Below are positions 1-10,100 of a stretch of DNA of 64,000 nucleotides, piece after piece. Under the pieces are notes generated by a model that was not told the DNA's origin, searched no databases, and worked only from the letters and a program-made list of their open reading frames with translations. Source of the stretch: Ostreococcus lucimarinus (lineage: Eukaryota); NCBI GenBank assembly GCA_000092065.1, contig CP000588.1. One strand, 5' to 3'. How positions within the stretch are numbered: the first letter of the stretch is position 1; every line of letters begins with the position of its first letter. A program made the position numbers and the translations under genes.

Positions 1-483
1 GTGACGATGACGATCGGCGCGCACGGCGACGTGCGGCTGCGACTGCGCCCGGATTGGCACGCGGAGAGCGCGGCGTACGTCGCGGCGCTCGCGGCGGACG
101 CGCGCGCGTGCGAGGACGCGTGCGAGGTGTACCGCGTGGAGCCGGGATTCTTGGTGCAGGGAACTTTAAAGAGCGCGTCGGCGGCGAGCAACACGAAGAC
201 GAAGGAGGGGCCGAGGTTGATGCGACGAGGCGACGTCGGGTGGGCGGGCGAGGGACCGGGACCGGATTTTTTCGTGTACGTGGGCGCGAAGCCGGCGGCG
301 CACTTCGGGAGGCGACACACGGTGTTCGCGGAGGTGGCGGACGAGACGTCGATGGCGACGCTGGAGCGCGTGGCGAACGCGCCGAGCTCGACGCCGGGCG
401 GGACGGGGACGATGCGGTTCATCGATGAGCGCCCGCGGATTACGCTTCGCGACGCGCGGTCGAAAGGCGCGGCGCGCGCGTAG
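1..483 (+). CDS. Cyclophilin-type PPIase-like domain protein, 5'-truncated by window edge (C-terminal part only)
   Basis: ORF runs in frame from base 1. 'YRVEPGFLVQG' and 'GPGPDFFVYVG..HFGRRHTVFAEVADE' resemble the cyclophilin motifs 'FHRVIxGFMxQGG' and 'GPNTNGSQFFI...GKHVVFGKV'. Divergent; assignment by motif recall only. Confidence 0.4.
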   Translation: MTMTIGAHGDVRLRLRPDWHAESAAYVAALAADARACEDACEVYRVEPGFLVQGTLKSASAASNTKTKEGPRLMRRGDVGWAGEGPGPDFFVYVGAKPAAHFGRRHTVFAEVADETSMATLERVANAPSSTPGGTGTMRFIDERPRITLRDARSKGAARA

Positions 484-689
484 CGACGGCGAGTCGAAAA
501 CGGTGGACGGCGTCGAACGCGTCGTCTCGCGCGTCGCGACGGCGAGTCGAAAACGGTGTAAATTATTGAATGCGCGTCGCTCGCGCGCGACGACGCGCGT
601 TTTCGCTAGGTTTTTCTTCTATGGAAGTACGCGTCCCGCGCTCGCGCGCTCCCGTCCTGCGCTATGCTATGCTACCGCGACGTCGCGAC

Positions 690-1019
690 TCAACTTTTGA
701 AGCGCGCGCGCGCGTCGCCGAGCGGCGAGTCGCCCTCGCGCAAACGCGCAATCTCCTTATCCTTGCGTTCGATCTCCCCCCTCGCCGTGTTAAACAAGCA
801 CGAAATGTTCCTCTCCAAGTTCTCGCATCGCTCGCGCAGGCTCGCGTTCTCGTCCATCAACGCTCGACGTCGCGCCTCGCTCTCGCTCAGTTTCAGGTTC
901 AATCGACCGATCGCTCCCGCGCTCGCCGCTTCCGCCCCGCGCGCGCCCTCGCGCGCGTCCAGATCGCCGTACAGCACGTCTTCGTCCTCGCCGTCGTCTC
1001 GCGCGCGCTCGTGCGCCAT
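690..1019 (-). CDS. Hypothetical small coiled-coil protein (~109 aa)
   Basis: The last 110 codons of minus ORF 690..1808 lie outside eIF2B-eps, in the only long (615 bp) spacer of the window. ATG at 1019, GC3-rich codons, heptad-like segment 'LMDENASLRERCENLERNISCLFNTARGEIERKDKEIARLREG'. Using it leaves a 79 bp divergent spacer to eIF2B-eps. No family recognised. Confidence 0.3.
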   Translation of the reverse strand: MAHERARDDGEDEDVLYGDLDAREGARGAEAASAGAIGRLNLKLSESEARRRALMDENASLRERCENLERNISCLFNTARGEIERKDKEIARLREGDSPLGDARARFKS

Positions 1020-1097
1020 CGTCGACGCCACCGCGCGGCGGGACGCGCGGGCGCGCGCGTCACTTTTTGCCGCGTCGGCGTCGCTTCGCGCGTCGCC

Positions 1098-3410
1098 ATG
1101 GCGCCCAAGCCCGCGGCCGCGGACGTGCACGTCAAGCCGACGCTCCAGGCGGTCGTCCTCGCGGACTCGTTCGCGACCGCGTTCAAACCGCTGACGGAGA
1201 AGACGCCCAAGGCGCTCGTCCCGCTCGGCCACGTCCCGATGTTGGAGTACACCCTCGAGTGGTTGTCGTCGCAGGGCGTCGAGGAGACGTACGTCTTGGC
1301 GTGCGCGCACGCGGAGATGATCGATCAGTACCTGAAGAGCGCGGGATGGGGGGAAGGAGACGCCGGGGATAAAGAGACGAAACCGGGACAGCGAAGAAGG
1401 ATGACGACGAAGTGCGTGCCGAGTGCGAGCTGCGTCAGCGCGGGCGAAGCGCTGCGGTTGATCGATCATAAACACGTCATACGGAGCGATTTCGTGCTGG
1501 TGAGTGGGGATGTCGTGACGAACATCGATCTGAAGGATGCGCTGGAGCGACACCGGGCGAGGAGGAAGAAGGAAAAGTTGGCGGTGATGACGGTGTGCTT
1601 GCGAAACGTCGGGGCGAGCGTGAGAGAATCGAGGTATGGGGATTCGAATTTGACCATCGCCATGGATGCGGAGACGAATAAGATCGTACATTACGAGGAG
1701 CACGGGAGTGGACACAGCGCGACGAAGTTGCCGCCGACGTCGCTGGACGCGTCGTTGTTCGGGGAGGTCAAGAATATTCGAGTGAGGACGGATTTGATGG
1801 ATTGTCACGTCGATATTTGCGCACCCGAGTTCTTGATGCTATTCACGGACAACTTCGATTATCAGCACATTCGTCGGGACTTCATCGTCGGGACGCTTAA
1901 CGAGCGGGAGCTGGGGAACACGATTTACGGGTATGAGATTTCGCGATACGATTACGCCGCGCGCGTGCACAATTTGCGCTCTTACGACGCGGTTTCACGC
2001 GATATTTTGAACAGATGGACGTTTCCGTACGTACCGGACACGCGCGTCGTACCAGTTCAAGATCCACAGACGTTCACGCACACGTGGGGGAACAATTATT
2101 TGAGCCCCGACTGCGAAGTGCACGAATCGGCCAAGCTCACTAAGGGATGCTCAATCGGTGCAGGAACGATGATTGGCGCCGGCACGTCGGTATCGCACAG
2201 TGTGATCGGAAAGAACGTTATCATAGGACAGAACTGCGTCATCTCAGGCGCGTATATCTTCGATGGTGCGCGCATCGAAAACGAATCTTCGGTAACGAGC
2301 GCCATCTTGCAAGAAGCCGTCGTCGTGCACGCCTACGCACATGTCACCGCCGGATGCGTGTTAGCCGCGGATGTCGTCATAGGAAGTGGATTCAGCGTGA
2401 AACCAAACACGCGAATTTCGCTCAAGGCGCAGCCCGCTATCGAAGACGACGATTACGATTCGGACGACTCGGAGCAGTCCACGTCGCTCGGACTCGGCGA
2501 GCTTGAACTCGTTCGCGACGAAGTTCTCGGTGAACACACGATGGAACAGATCGCTGAAGCGCTCGCTGCGGCGAAAGCACGAGCGGGCGCGGACACAAGC
2601 GCGATTTGGGCGCCCACGTCTGTTGGTGCAGGCGGAGCCGGGTACGTGTGGGCCCCGCGCGAGGAAAGCTGGTTTCGCAACATCGCCCAGCCGAAAGCGC
2701 GAGAGCCGTATGATTGCTCACACGAATACGCTACCGACGAAGCGAAACGCGAGAGCGCCCCCGATTCAAGGGCGGCAGCGGTGGCGGAGTCTGATAGCGA
2801 CGAACAAGAAGACGTCAAGCGCGAGGGCGTGTTTCAGCGCGAAGTCGCGGAGACGTTTTTGCGCTGCGTCAAGCAAGGGTACGCTCAGGAAAATGCAGTG
2901 GTCGAGCTGCAAGGTTTGAAGATGGCGGAAAATAGAACGTTCGCCGATATTGCGCGATATGTTTTGATGACGATAGTCGGATTGACGTTACCGGCGCACG
3001 GTAAGACGTCTCGCGAAAACGTAAAGCTGTACCCGGCGACGGCGCCGTCGGGCACGCCGGAATTGTTGAAACGATTGCGAGAGCGATTGAAGGAGTGGGC
3101 GCCACTCTTATCGAGGTTCCTTCGGAGTGAAGATGACCAAGTCGAGGCTTTGTTAACGCTCGAAGAGTTTTGCTCCGAGGATGAGGTCTTCAAAGGCATG
3201 GGTGGCGCCGTCTGCGTGCCATCCTTCGCCAAAATTCTGCACATGCTCTACGACATGGACGTCATCGGCGAAGAGAGCGTGTTAGCTTGGGCGGAAGAAA
3301 AGGCCGAGGCCGACGAAGCGGATAAAAAGTTTCTCAGGCTCGCGCAACCGTTCATCGATTGGCTCGAAGAGGCCTCGAGCGAGGAGGAATCGTCTAGCGA
3401 AGATGACTAA
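1098..3410 (+). CDS. EIF2B5: Translation initiation factor eIF2B epsilon subunit
   Basis: Start chosen at 'MAPKPAAADVHVKPTLQAVVLADSF' (ATG 1098), inside ORF 570..3410 whose upstream part is Arg-rich and antisense to another ORF. N-terminal nucleotidyltransferase-like fold, left-handed beta-helix hexapeptide repeats ('IGAGTMIGAGTSVSHSVIGKNVIIGQNCVISGAYIFDGARIE'), C-terminal W2 domain with acidic/aromatic boxes ('FIDWLEEASSEEESSSEDD'). Confidence 0.85.
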   Translation: MAPKPAAADVHVKPTLQAVVLADSFATAFKPLTEKTPKALVPLGHVPMLEYTLEWLSSQGVEETYVLACAHAEMIDQYLKSAGWGEGDAGDKETKPGQRRRMTTKCVPSASCVSAGEALRLIDHKHVIRSDFVLVSGDVVTNIDLKDALERHRARRKKEKLAVMTVCLRNVGASVRESRYGDSNLTIAMDAETNKIVHYEEHGSGHSATKLPPTSLDASLFGEVKNIRVRTDLMDCHVDICAPEFLMLFTDNFDYQHIRRDFIVGTLNERELGNTIYGYEISRYDYAARVHNLRSYDAVSRDILNRWTFPYVPDTRVVPVQDPQTFTHTWGNNYLSPDCEVHESAKLTKGCSIGAGTMIGAGTSVSHSVIGKNVIIGQNCVISGAYIFDGARIENESSVTSAILQEAVVVHAYAHVTAGCVLAADVVIGSGFSVKPNTRISLKAQPAIEDDDYDSDDSEQSTSLGLGELELVRDEVLGEHTMEQIAEALAAAKARAGADTSAIWAPTSVGAGGAGYVWAPREESWFRNIAQPKAREPYDCSHEYATDEAKRESAPDSRAAAVAESDSDEQEDVKREGVFQREVAETFLRCVKQGYAQENAVVELQGLKMAENRTFADIARYVLMTIVGLTLPAHGKTSRENVKLYPATAPSGTPELLKRLRERLKEWAPLLSRFLRSEDDQVEALLTLEEFCSEDEVFKGMGGAVCVPSFAKILHMLYDMDVIGEESVLAWAEEKAEADEADKKFLRLAQPFIDWLEEASSEEESSSEDD

Positions 3411-3462
3411 GTCGAAGCGCTACAGAGTTCTATTCTAATACAAATACACATGTTCCGCACAC

Positions 3463-4080
3463 CTACACGTCGCTACGAAAACTCTCAAGGTCCTCCCCTA
3501 CTCTATGTTTCCAAAATGATTTTCCATAGCTGATCAAAATCTCCTCACCCTTCGCAATCGTCGCTTGAGGAAGCACAAAAATCGCGAGCTTCGCGTGTCC
3601 CGCCTCGTCGACGTAGGACTCAAATTTCGCATTTTGCGATCGACCCGTGTTTCTAAAGTCGTTGCAAAATCGCGCGTCGTTCCCTTCCTTTTCTGCGTCG
3701 ATAGCCAATTCGTTCGCGTCGCCGAACGCGAGCGAATAATCCGTCGTCTTGGAACAATCCACCGCGGTCGTGACCACGCCGTGGTAGTCGATGATTCGTT
3801 CCCTACCTCTCAACCGCGTGTTCGCGAACAAGCCGAACTCTCCGCGCGCCGGATGCGTCGCATCATCGATGATGCGCCCTCGCGCGCGTTTCCTATCATT
3901 CGCGCGCGTGTGCTTGATCGCGCTGCGCGCGCTCGGGGCATACTTTTCGATTACGTCTGGGGACACACTCGCCGCGTCGTAGCGCAACGAATCGAGGAAG
4001 ACGACGTCGGACGGCCACGACGCGGCAGCGGACGTCGACGCAGGCGTTTGTTTCGCGGTTTTGCGGACGTCGCGCCCCAT
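3463..4080 (-). CDS. SET-domain protein (putative lysine methyltransferase), 205 aa
   Basis: 'GNDARFCNDFRN' resembles the SET motif 'GNxARFINHSCxPN'. C-terminal 'GEEILISYGKSFW' is a post-SET-like motif. Confidence 0.65.
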   Translation of the reverse strand: MGRDVRKTAKQTPASTSAAASWPSDVVFLDSLRYDAASVSPDVIEKYAPSARSAIKHTRANDRKRARGRIIDDATHPARGEFGLFANTRLRGRERIIDYHGVVTTAVDCSKTTDYSLAFGDANELAIDAEKEGNDARFCNDFRNTGRSQNAKFESYVDEAGHAKLAIFVLPQATIAKGEEILISYGKSFWKHRVGEDLESFRSDV

Positions 4081-4155
4081 GGGGCGCGACGCGGGTGTGT
4101 GCGGTGAAGTCTACTTAGTACAGATATTAGATTTTTGTTACATTTCCTGCAAGGA

Positions 4156-7100
4156 TTAATACCAAGGCGCCCAAATCGCTGCGGAACGACTGACGTTGCG
4201 AATGTTAAGAGCGGCATCGACCAGGTGTAAGACAGCCTTTTGAACGCTCGGTACCGTGTCCGACGTGTCGGGGAGTACCGGGGTCGGGGCGATGATCGGT
4301 AACCTCCGAAGCACCTCCTGTACATTGGCGCGCGCCATGTTTTTAATCTCCGACGGCGACGGGCTCACGGGAGGGGTGTCGCCGCCCATGCGACGCCACG
4401 GCCAAACCATGAGTTGATCGCGAAAGAATAATTCAAGATGGGCCTCTAAGTCAGCTTCGGGCGCTGTGCACGCTTGCGCGGCGGACGCCATGGAGGCGAC
4501 AAAGTCACCCTTGACGCCAAACGGTGTGAAGAACGTGTGCAAGTTTCGCGTTAGGCGGAACGGCACGGGTTCGATGTACTCGACAATACCTTTTTGATCA
4601 AACGCCGGGTGGAAGTCAAGCATGAATATCTTGCCAGTATTCTTGGCGAACATGATCTTGTTCGGTGTTCGGCCGCCAATGCGTAGGAGCGCGGACAAGA
4701 AGCTTGACATTGCGAGCTGCTGCGAAAGTTGACGCTTAAACGTCCACAAGTGCGAGCTGCTCGGAAGTGTCTTGTACATGTACTGCGAGAAGATATTTTC
4801 TGTCACGTGCTTTTGCGTAATCTCCATCAGGGCTTTCAGGCGAAGCTCCAGTACCTCTTCGGTGCCCGTAACTTCTCCCAGAATCGCAGGGTCGAGCGCG
4901 GCCTTGAAGAGCGTAATCGGTAAGTCTGCTTCGCGGCCGTAACGCGCGCAGTTGGCGTCGTACACCTCGGCATACGTGCCGTTTGCATCGTCGTCTTCGA
5001 GCAAGCGCACTTGTGGCCATACTGGAACGATGGCTGGGGTGTAATAGCACATGTTTCGACGTCTCGTCTCTGTGTGCTTGGCCAAAACTCCATTCAATGT
5101 GGACAAAAGTTGCACCATGCGCTCCTCACCGCGCGCCGCCGGTGTTAGCGACGTCTGGACCAAGAATTGCTTGGACGAACCATCCGTGCCAAGGAACTCT
5201 AAGCGTCGTAAGCAGTTTCCGTTCCGTCGCACGACGTGCACATCGGCACCGATACGCTCGAGCTTGACAAAGCGATCGGTGACGCCAAACGTCAAGTCGC
5301 CCGAATACTGCCCAGGAATTTCAATCTCGTGAAACGTGACATTTCTGAGCTGGTCGGATTCAGCCTCGAGACGCAACGTCGCCGGCAATCGATCCTCAAC
5401 ATCGTTCAGTAAGCGTTGTTTCCAAGCCTTAAGCTTCACCATGAGTTCCGCAACCGTCGTCGGAAATGTACTTTCCTCCGGATTCAATTCGCGTTCGTAA
5501 CTCGCTTTGTATTCTTCGACGAAATCTGCGTGCTTCGCCGAAGTATCCGCGCTGAAGCAGGCCTTACACACGCCTATGAGTTCCTTCTTGAAGCTCTCCG
5601 GAACTTCGCCGGTCGTCGCCGCTGGATACTTGTAGCATCGGTGCAACAACGTGTAGACGACAACTAATAACCGTTCTTCAGGCGTACACGCAAATTTCGT
5701 ACCGAGTTCGCTAAGTAAGACTTCGAGCTCGCCGACCAAGTTGCCGTGTCTGGTTCGAATGTGTTCCATGATTTCTTTCGCCGCTTCGAAAGCCCAGTTG
5801 GCATCCTTCGCGCGCGATGCAGCCGCGGCAACATCGGGTGGTAAAGGTGTGCCTGGGGCGCTGGATGACTTCTGAGTAGCGCCACTCTTCTCGGCAATTG
5901 TGCGCGCAGTTTGAGTCGCTCGCGCCGCCGAGTCTCTTCGCTCGAGTAAGCACGTGCGCAATTGGTAGTAAACCGCTTGCGGGTGCGCGGCGGCGACGTC
6001 TTTGAGAATTGCCAAAGCATACGCTTGTTCCTGATGTGCGAGAGACAGAAGTAGCTGTGGAATCCAAGGAATCCAAACCCAAGTGGGCAAAGCGTCGAGA
6101 TGACGCACGATGGCGAGGCTGATAGGCTCGGGATTTACGTCAAACGCGAGCATTTGAATCACATGAATCAACTGGTGTCGATTCTCGTGAACGTTGTGCT
6201 TGACGGCTTGCAAGTAGCAGGTCGCTGTTTGTTGCGCAATGTTTGAAATAGAGCCGTCATCACCGCGCATTCGACAAAACTTGCCCCACGACAGCCACGA
6301 CTCGGCGCGTTGCTTGCACAACGACACAGAAGTCGAATACGACGCGTGCGCAGCGTCGTAATCTTCAAGCTGCTCTTGGAACTTTGCTCTCAGGCGGAAT
6401 AACTCAGCCTTTTGCGGTGGTGAGAAGAACTCCAGACTCGCAGATTCAAGGAGATTGATTCCAGTGATGGCTTCATTCTCAAACGCGAGGTACGCTTCGC
6501 ATTGTTCTCGAAGCTTTGAGAAAGCCTCTGAAACTTCAACTTGACCTTGATGACGCGACAAGATGTTCAGCGCAACCTCAGGCAAGCGCTGTTTACGCGC
6601 CGCTCGTGCAAACTTATTCAAACTCCACGCGCGCTCACGTTGACCGAGCTGATCGAGCTGTTGCGTTACTTGCAACATCGCGGGATTTTGCTCGCCGATT
6701 TGCTTTGCTGCGTGCGTCATGATGTTGTGCATGTTTCCGCGCCACATGAGGATCTCGCTCCACCACGGCACCGGATCCCATTCGTTGGGTGTGCGCAGAC
6801 GCCAAGTTTCCATGATGTCCTGAACCAACGTGCGATTGTTCGTGATCCCTTGCACGCCTCGGCGTTGGGTATTGGAAAGTTCGAGCAAGATGCGCGTAGA
6901 TTCTTGTACTTCCGCGATGGCGTTGAACATGTGAAGCGACGGAATGTGGCACGTTGAACCGGTCTCTGGAAGACGCCACCATCGATCAAGCGATGACTTA
7001 ACGGCGTTCGCCCAGTGCTGTTCAGCTTCGCGTACGCGTCCACTGACAAGTGAGGCGAACGCGCGAACTGTGGTGATTTCGGGGGTTTCCTCGATTTCAT

Positions 7101-10100
7101 TCAGCGTGCCGCTCGGCATCAGATCTTTCACACCCGCCCAATCTGAAAGTCGCCACATGCTCTGCACCATCAACTCGCTGTGCTCAACAGTTCGACTGAA
7201 GTCAGAAATCAAGTCCCATTGATTCAGTTGTTTCGCTGAATTCAGCCATTGCGTTTCCCACAGACACATCTCCGTCTTCGACACTCCCGGAGCCTGCCCA
7301 GCGGTGGCGAGCTGGATACCTTTGAAGAAGACATCTTGCGCATCTTGCCAGTGTCCGTGCTGCACGAGAGAGAGACCTGCTCGTGTGACATCGGACTGGC
7401 AACGCTGCATCCATAAGCCAACCAAAACGTCTTGCTCGTTCAACAATCGGTAAAGCTCGCTGAGAGCGTCGAAGCATCTAGCCTCTTGCGGATAGCGCAC
7501 GACGTGATTCTCGAGCAAAGCGATGGCGGTGTGCCATGCGTTGAACGTCTTACCAAGGAACTTGCTCAACTCGCTTGGAATCTTCAGCTGCGGCTGAGAA
7601 AGAGATATTCCTTCCAGTAGAGCTTGAATGACGTTTGGACGCACTGCGGCCTGACGAAGGTGCGATTCTTTACTGAGCAAACCAATCATCGGTTTGGCAA
7701 GTTGCAACTGCTCTTCGCGTTGCAATGTCGCCCAAACGATGGGGAAGATCAAGACCCAGAGATAATACGCAATGTGTGCGTTCCTCGTCGCCACTTGTCG
7801 AAGCGGCGACATTAAGTCATTTACGCGAATCTGCGCCTTTTCGTGGAGGAACTTCGCGTGGCGCTTGATCAAATCGTCGAGTTCGGCGGGATTTGCCTTC
7901 GCGTTTTTTGATTTAGCCGGAACGGGTAGAGGTTTCTTTGTCTCTGAATCAATCGGCAGAAGCGGGGTGATCAACGCACTGTTCGGAGCAAGCATGATTC
8001 TTTCATCCTCGGCGAGCGTGCTGAGAATCAAATCCAGGCCTTGCATCAACCAGAAAGTGTCCGCCATAGCATCCCAATCTTGAATGGTCAAGATATACTG
8101 CAAGCGCTGAAAGAGCGACTTGCCGATGGCGTCGTGATAAAGTGCAAAGAACTTCTTACGGAGCTCCGGCCTTCGAGTGCGGAGACCAAGCAGGTGAGTA
8201 CGTTCGACTTTGAGGAACACTTCAGTGCGCACGGCTGGGTCGTGTTTGCCCTCGGGTGCACAGAGTTTGTAAATCGCCCCCAAAAGCTTTTCTTCCCATG
8301 CTTGCGTTTGCGTGATGGCGAGGCCCATGCGCGTCAACTGTGCAAGCTTGGACAAGAACAAGACGGTTTCCTTTGCGTTCAAGCTACCGACACGTGTATC
8401 GTTGTCTTCGGGAGCGCCGCCTTCGCCCAAGGCTAAGTCGTCCGTCCAAGTAACCATAGCGTCGAGAATAGCCATGAGAACGTTACCGTGCGTTGACTTG
8501 TCATTAATGAGTTGTAGCAGTAAACGCAAGAAAATCTGCTTCTGATCTGAGCCAGCCGCAATGACTCGCTGAGATAAGATCTTGATGCACTTAGCCATGC
8601 AGTAGGCAACGCTACCGTACTCTGGTTCGAGCACTTCAGGGGGCGCTTGACCACGCTTCGGATGCGCAGCCTGAAGCTCACCCGCGGCGGACGCAGTATT
8701 CAACTCGTGCGTCATGCGCGCGAGCACCTTCATCAAGTTTGGCAGATACGTGTCAATCTTAGAAGCGGCAAAGACGGCTTCGGATTCAACCACCGTGAGA
8801 ATGCCAGCCAATGACGTGTTTGCTTGGTCGTTATTCGGCGAACTCTTTGAAATGATGGCATCTTCCGTGCATTTTACGTAAAACACCCCGATATGCTGCC
8901 TCAATTCTTCGATATCAGCGTCGTGCTTGCCGTTCGAATCGCCGTTACACTTGAGTATCTCACCGATGACTTCACCCAAAAGCCCATGCGCTTCACGGCT
9001 CGCAGACGAGTAGGAAGGTTCGATGAGGCGAAGAGTTTGTTGAATGCTTTCTGTGACGAACTCGTAATCGGGCGTCTTCAATGCGCACTTGAGAACGGAA
9101 AGACCCATGATGAGGGTAGACGTGGGATCGCGTTGGGCTTGATTTGCCAATGTCAAGAGCTTGTCGATGAAAGTGAACTTGATGCGCACAGACGGCCACA
9201 TCGCCAACGCCTTTGAGAGGAGATCTAAAGTTCGCACATTGAGAACTTGTGCGTCTTGGTCCTTACCTTCTCCAGTGATGAAAGTCATTCGAACGAGGAA
9301 GTTGACGATGATTTCAGCCATCGCCGGCGACGTTTCAAACTCCTTTTCTTCATCTTGATCGTCGGCCGATTTGGGCATCGATTTGAGCTTTTCTGTATCC
9401 GGTAAGTCACTAACCATTTCTTCGGTAGCTTCCTCTTCTTCCTTGGTCTGCTTCGCCGAGCGCGAAGCGCGCTTTGAACGTCCCGGTGATTTGCTTTCGG
9501 CTTCTTCCTTCTTCGACTTTTTGGTACCCTTCTTTCCGCGACGAGTCGGCGTCGTGACTTCCTCGTCTCTTTCTGGACTCTCCGCCGCCTTGCGCTTTCC
9601 AGTCGTCGACGGCTCAGCTTCGTTCGATCCTACTCCAGTGATTCTATCATTCTCCCAGCTAATGATGAGTTCGACCAAATCGACCGAAAGCACTCGGTTA
9701 GAATGCGAAGAGCTCGTGGGCAAGCCCAAACGCGAAAGCAAGTTTACCATCTGCCCAACAAACTGCGCTCGTGATGAGTAAAACAACTTGGAATGCCGCA
9801 CAATCAAGTTCCAAATGTGAACGAGCTGCGGAAGCGAATGACCGTCTTCGATTAAGCTCTTCTTGGTGTATCGAATCCAAATCGGGTGCTTGTGCTCACC
9901 TGGTTGAAGACGCAAAGGCAACGCTGGAGTGAGAGCGTCAAGCGCCTCGGTAACTAATGATTTTTGCTCTGGTTGATATGCCCGAAGTAACGCAACGAAG
10001 ACTTGCAATATGATCTTTTCTGGCGCTTGATACGCCTGTAAAAAGTAACTGATGTTGACGAAGGCCCATTGCTTGCTCGAAGAATCTTCACGCTTCAAGT

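Noticed and set aside
1-40. Shared 'MTMTI' peptide start at ORF 1..483 and at the EamA gene (23733)
   Set aside because: Arises from the simple 'atgacgatgacgat' hexamer on the coding strands. Coincidental (GAC/GTC)-type repeat, not evidence of duplication or a conserved signal.
690-1808. 372-aa minus ORF overlapping the 5' part of eIF2B-eps
   Set aside because: Positions 1098..1808 are antisense to the conserved eIF2B-eps N-terminal domain and are Arg-rich. Only the 3' 110 codons (690..1019), which fall in the spacer, were kept as a low-confidence gene.
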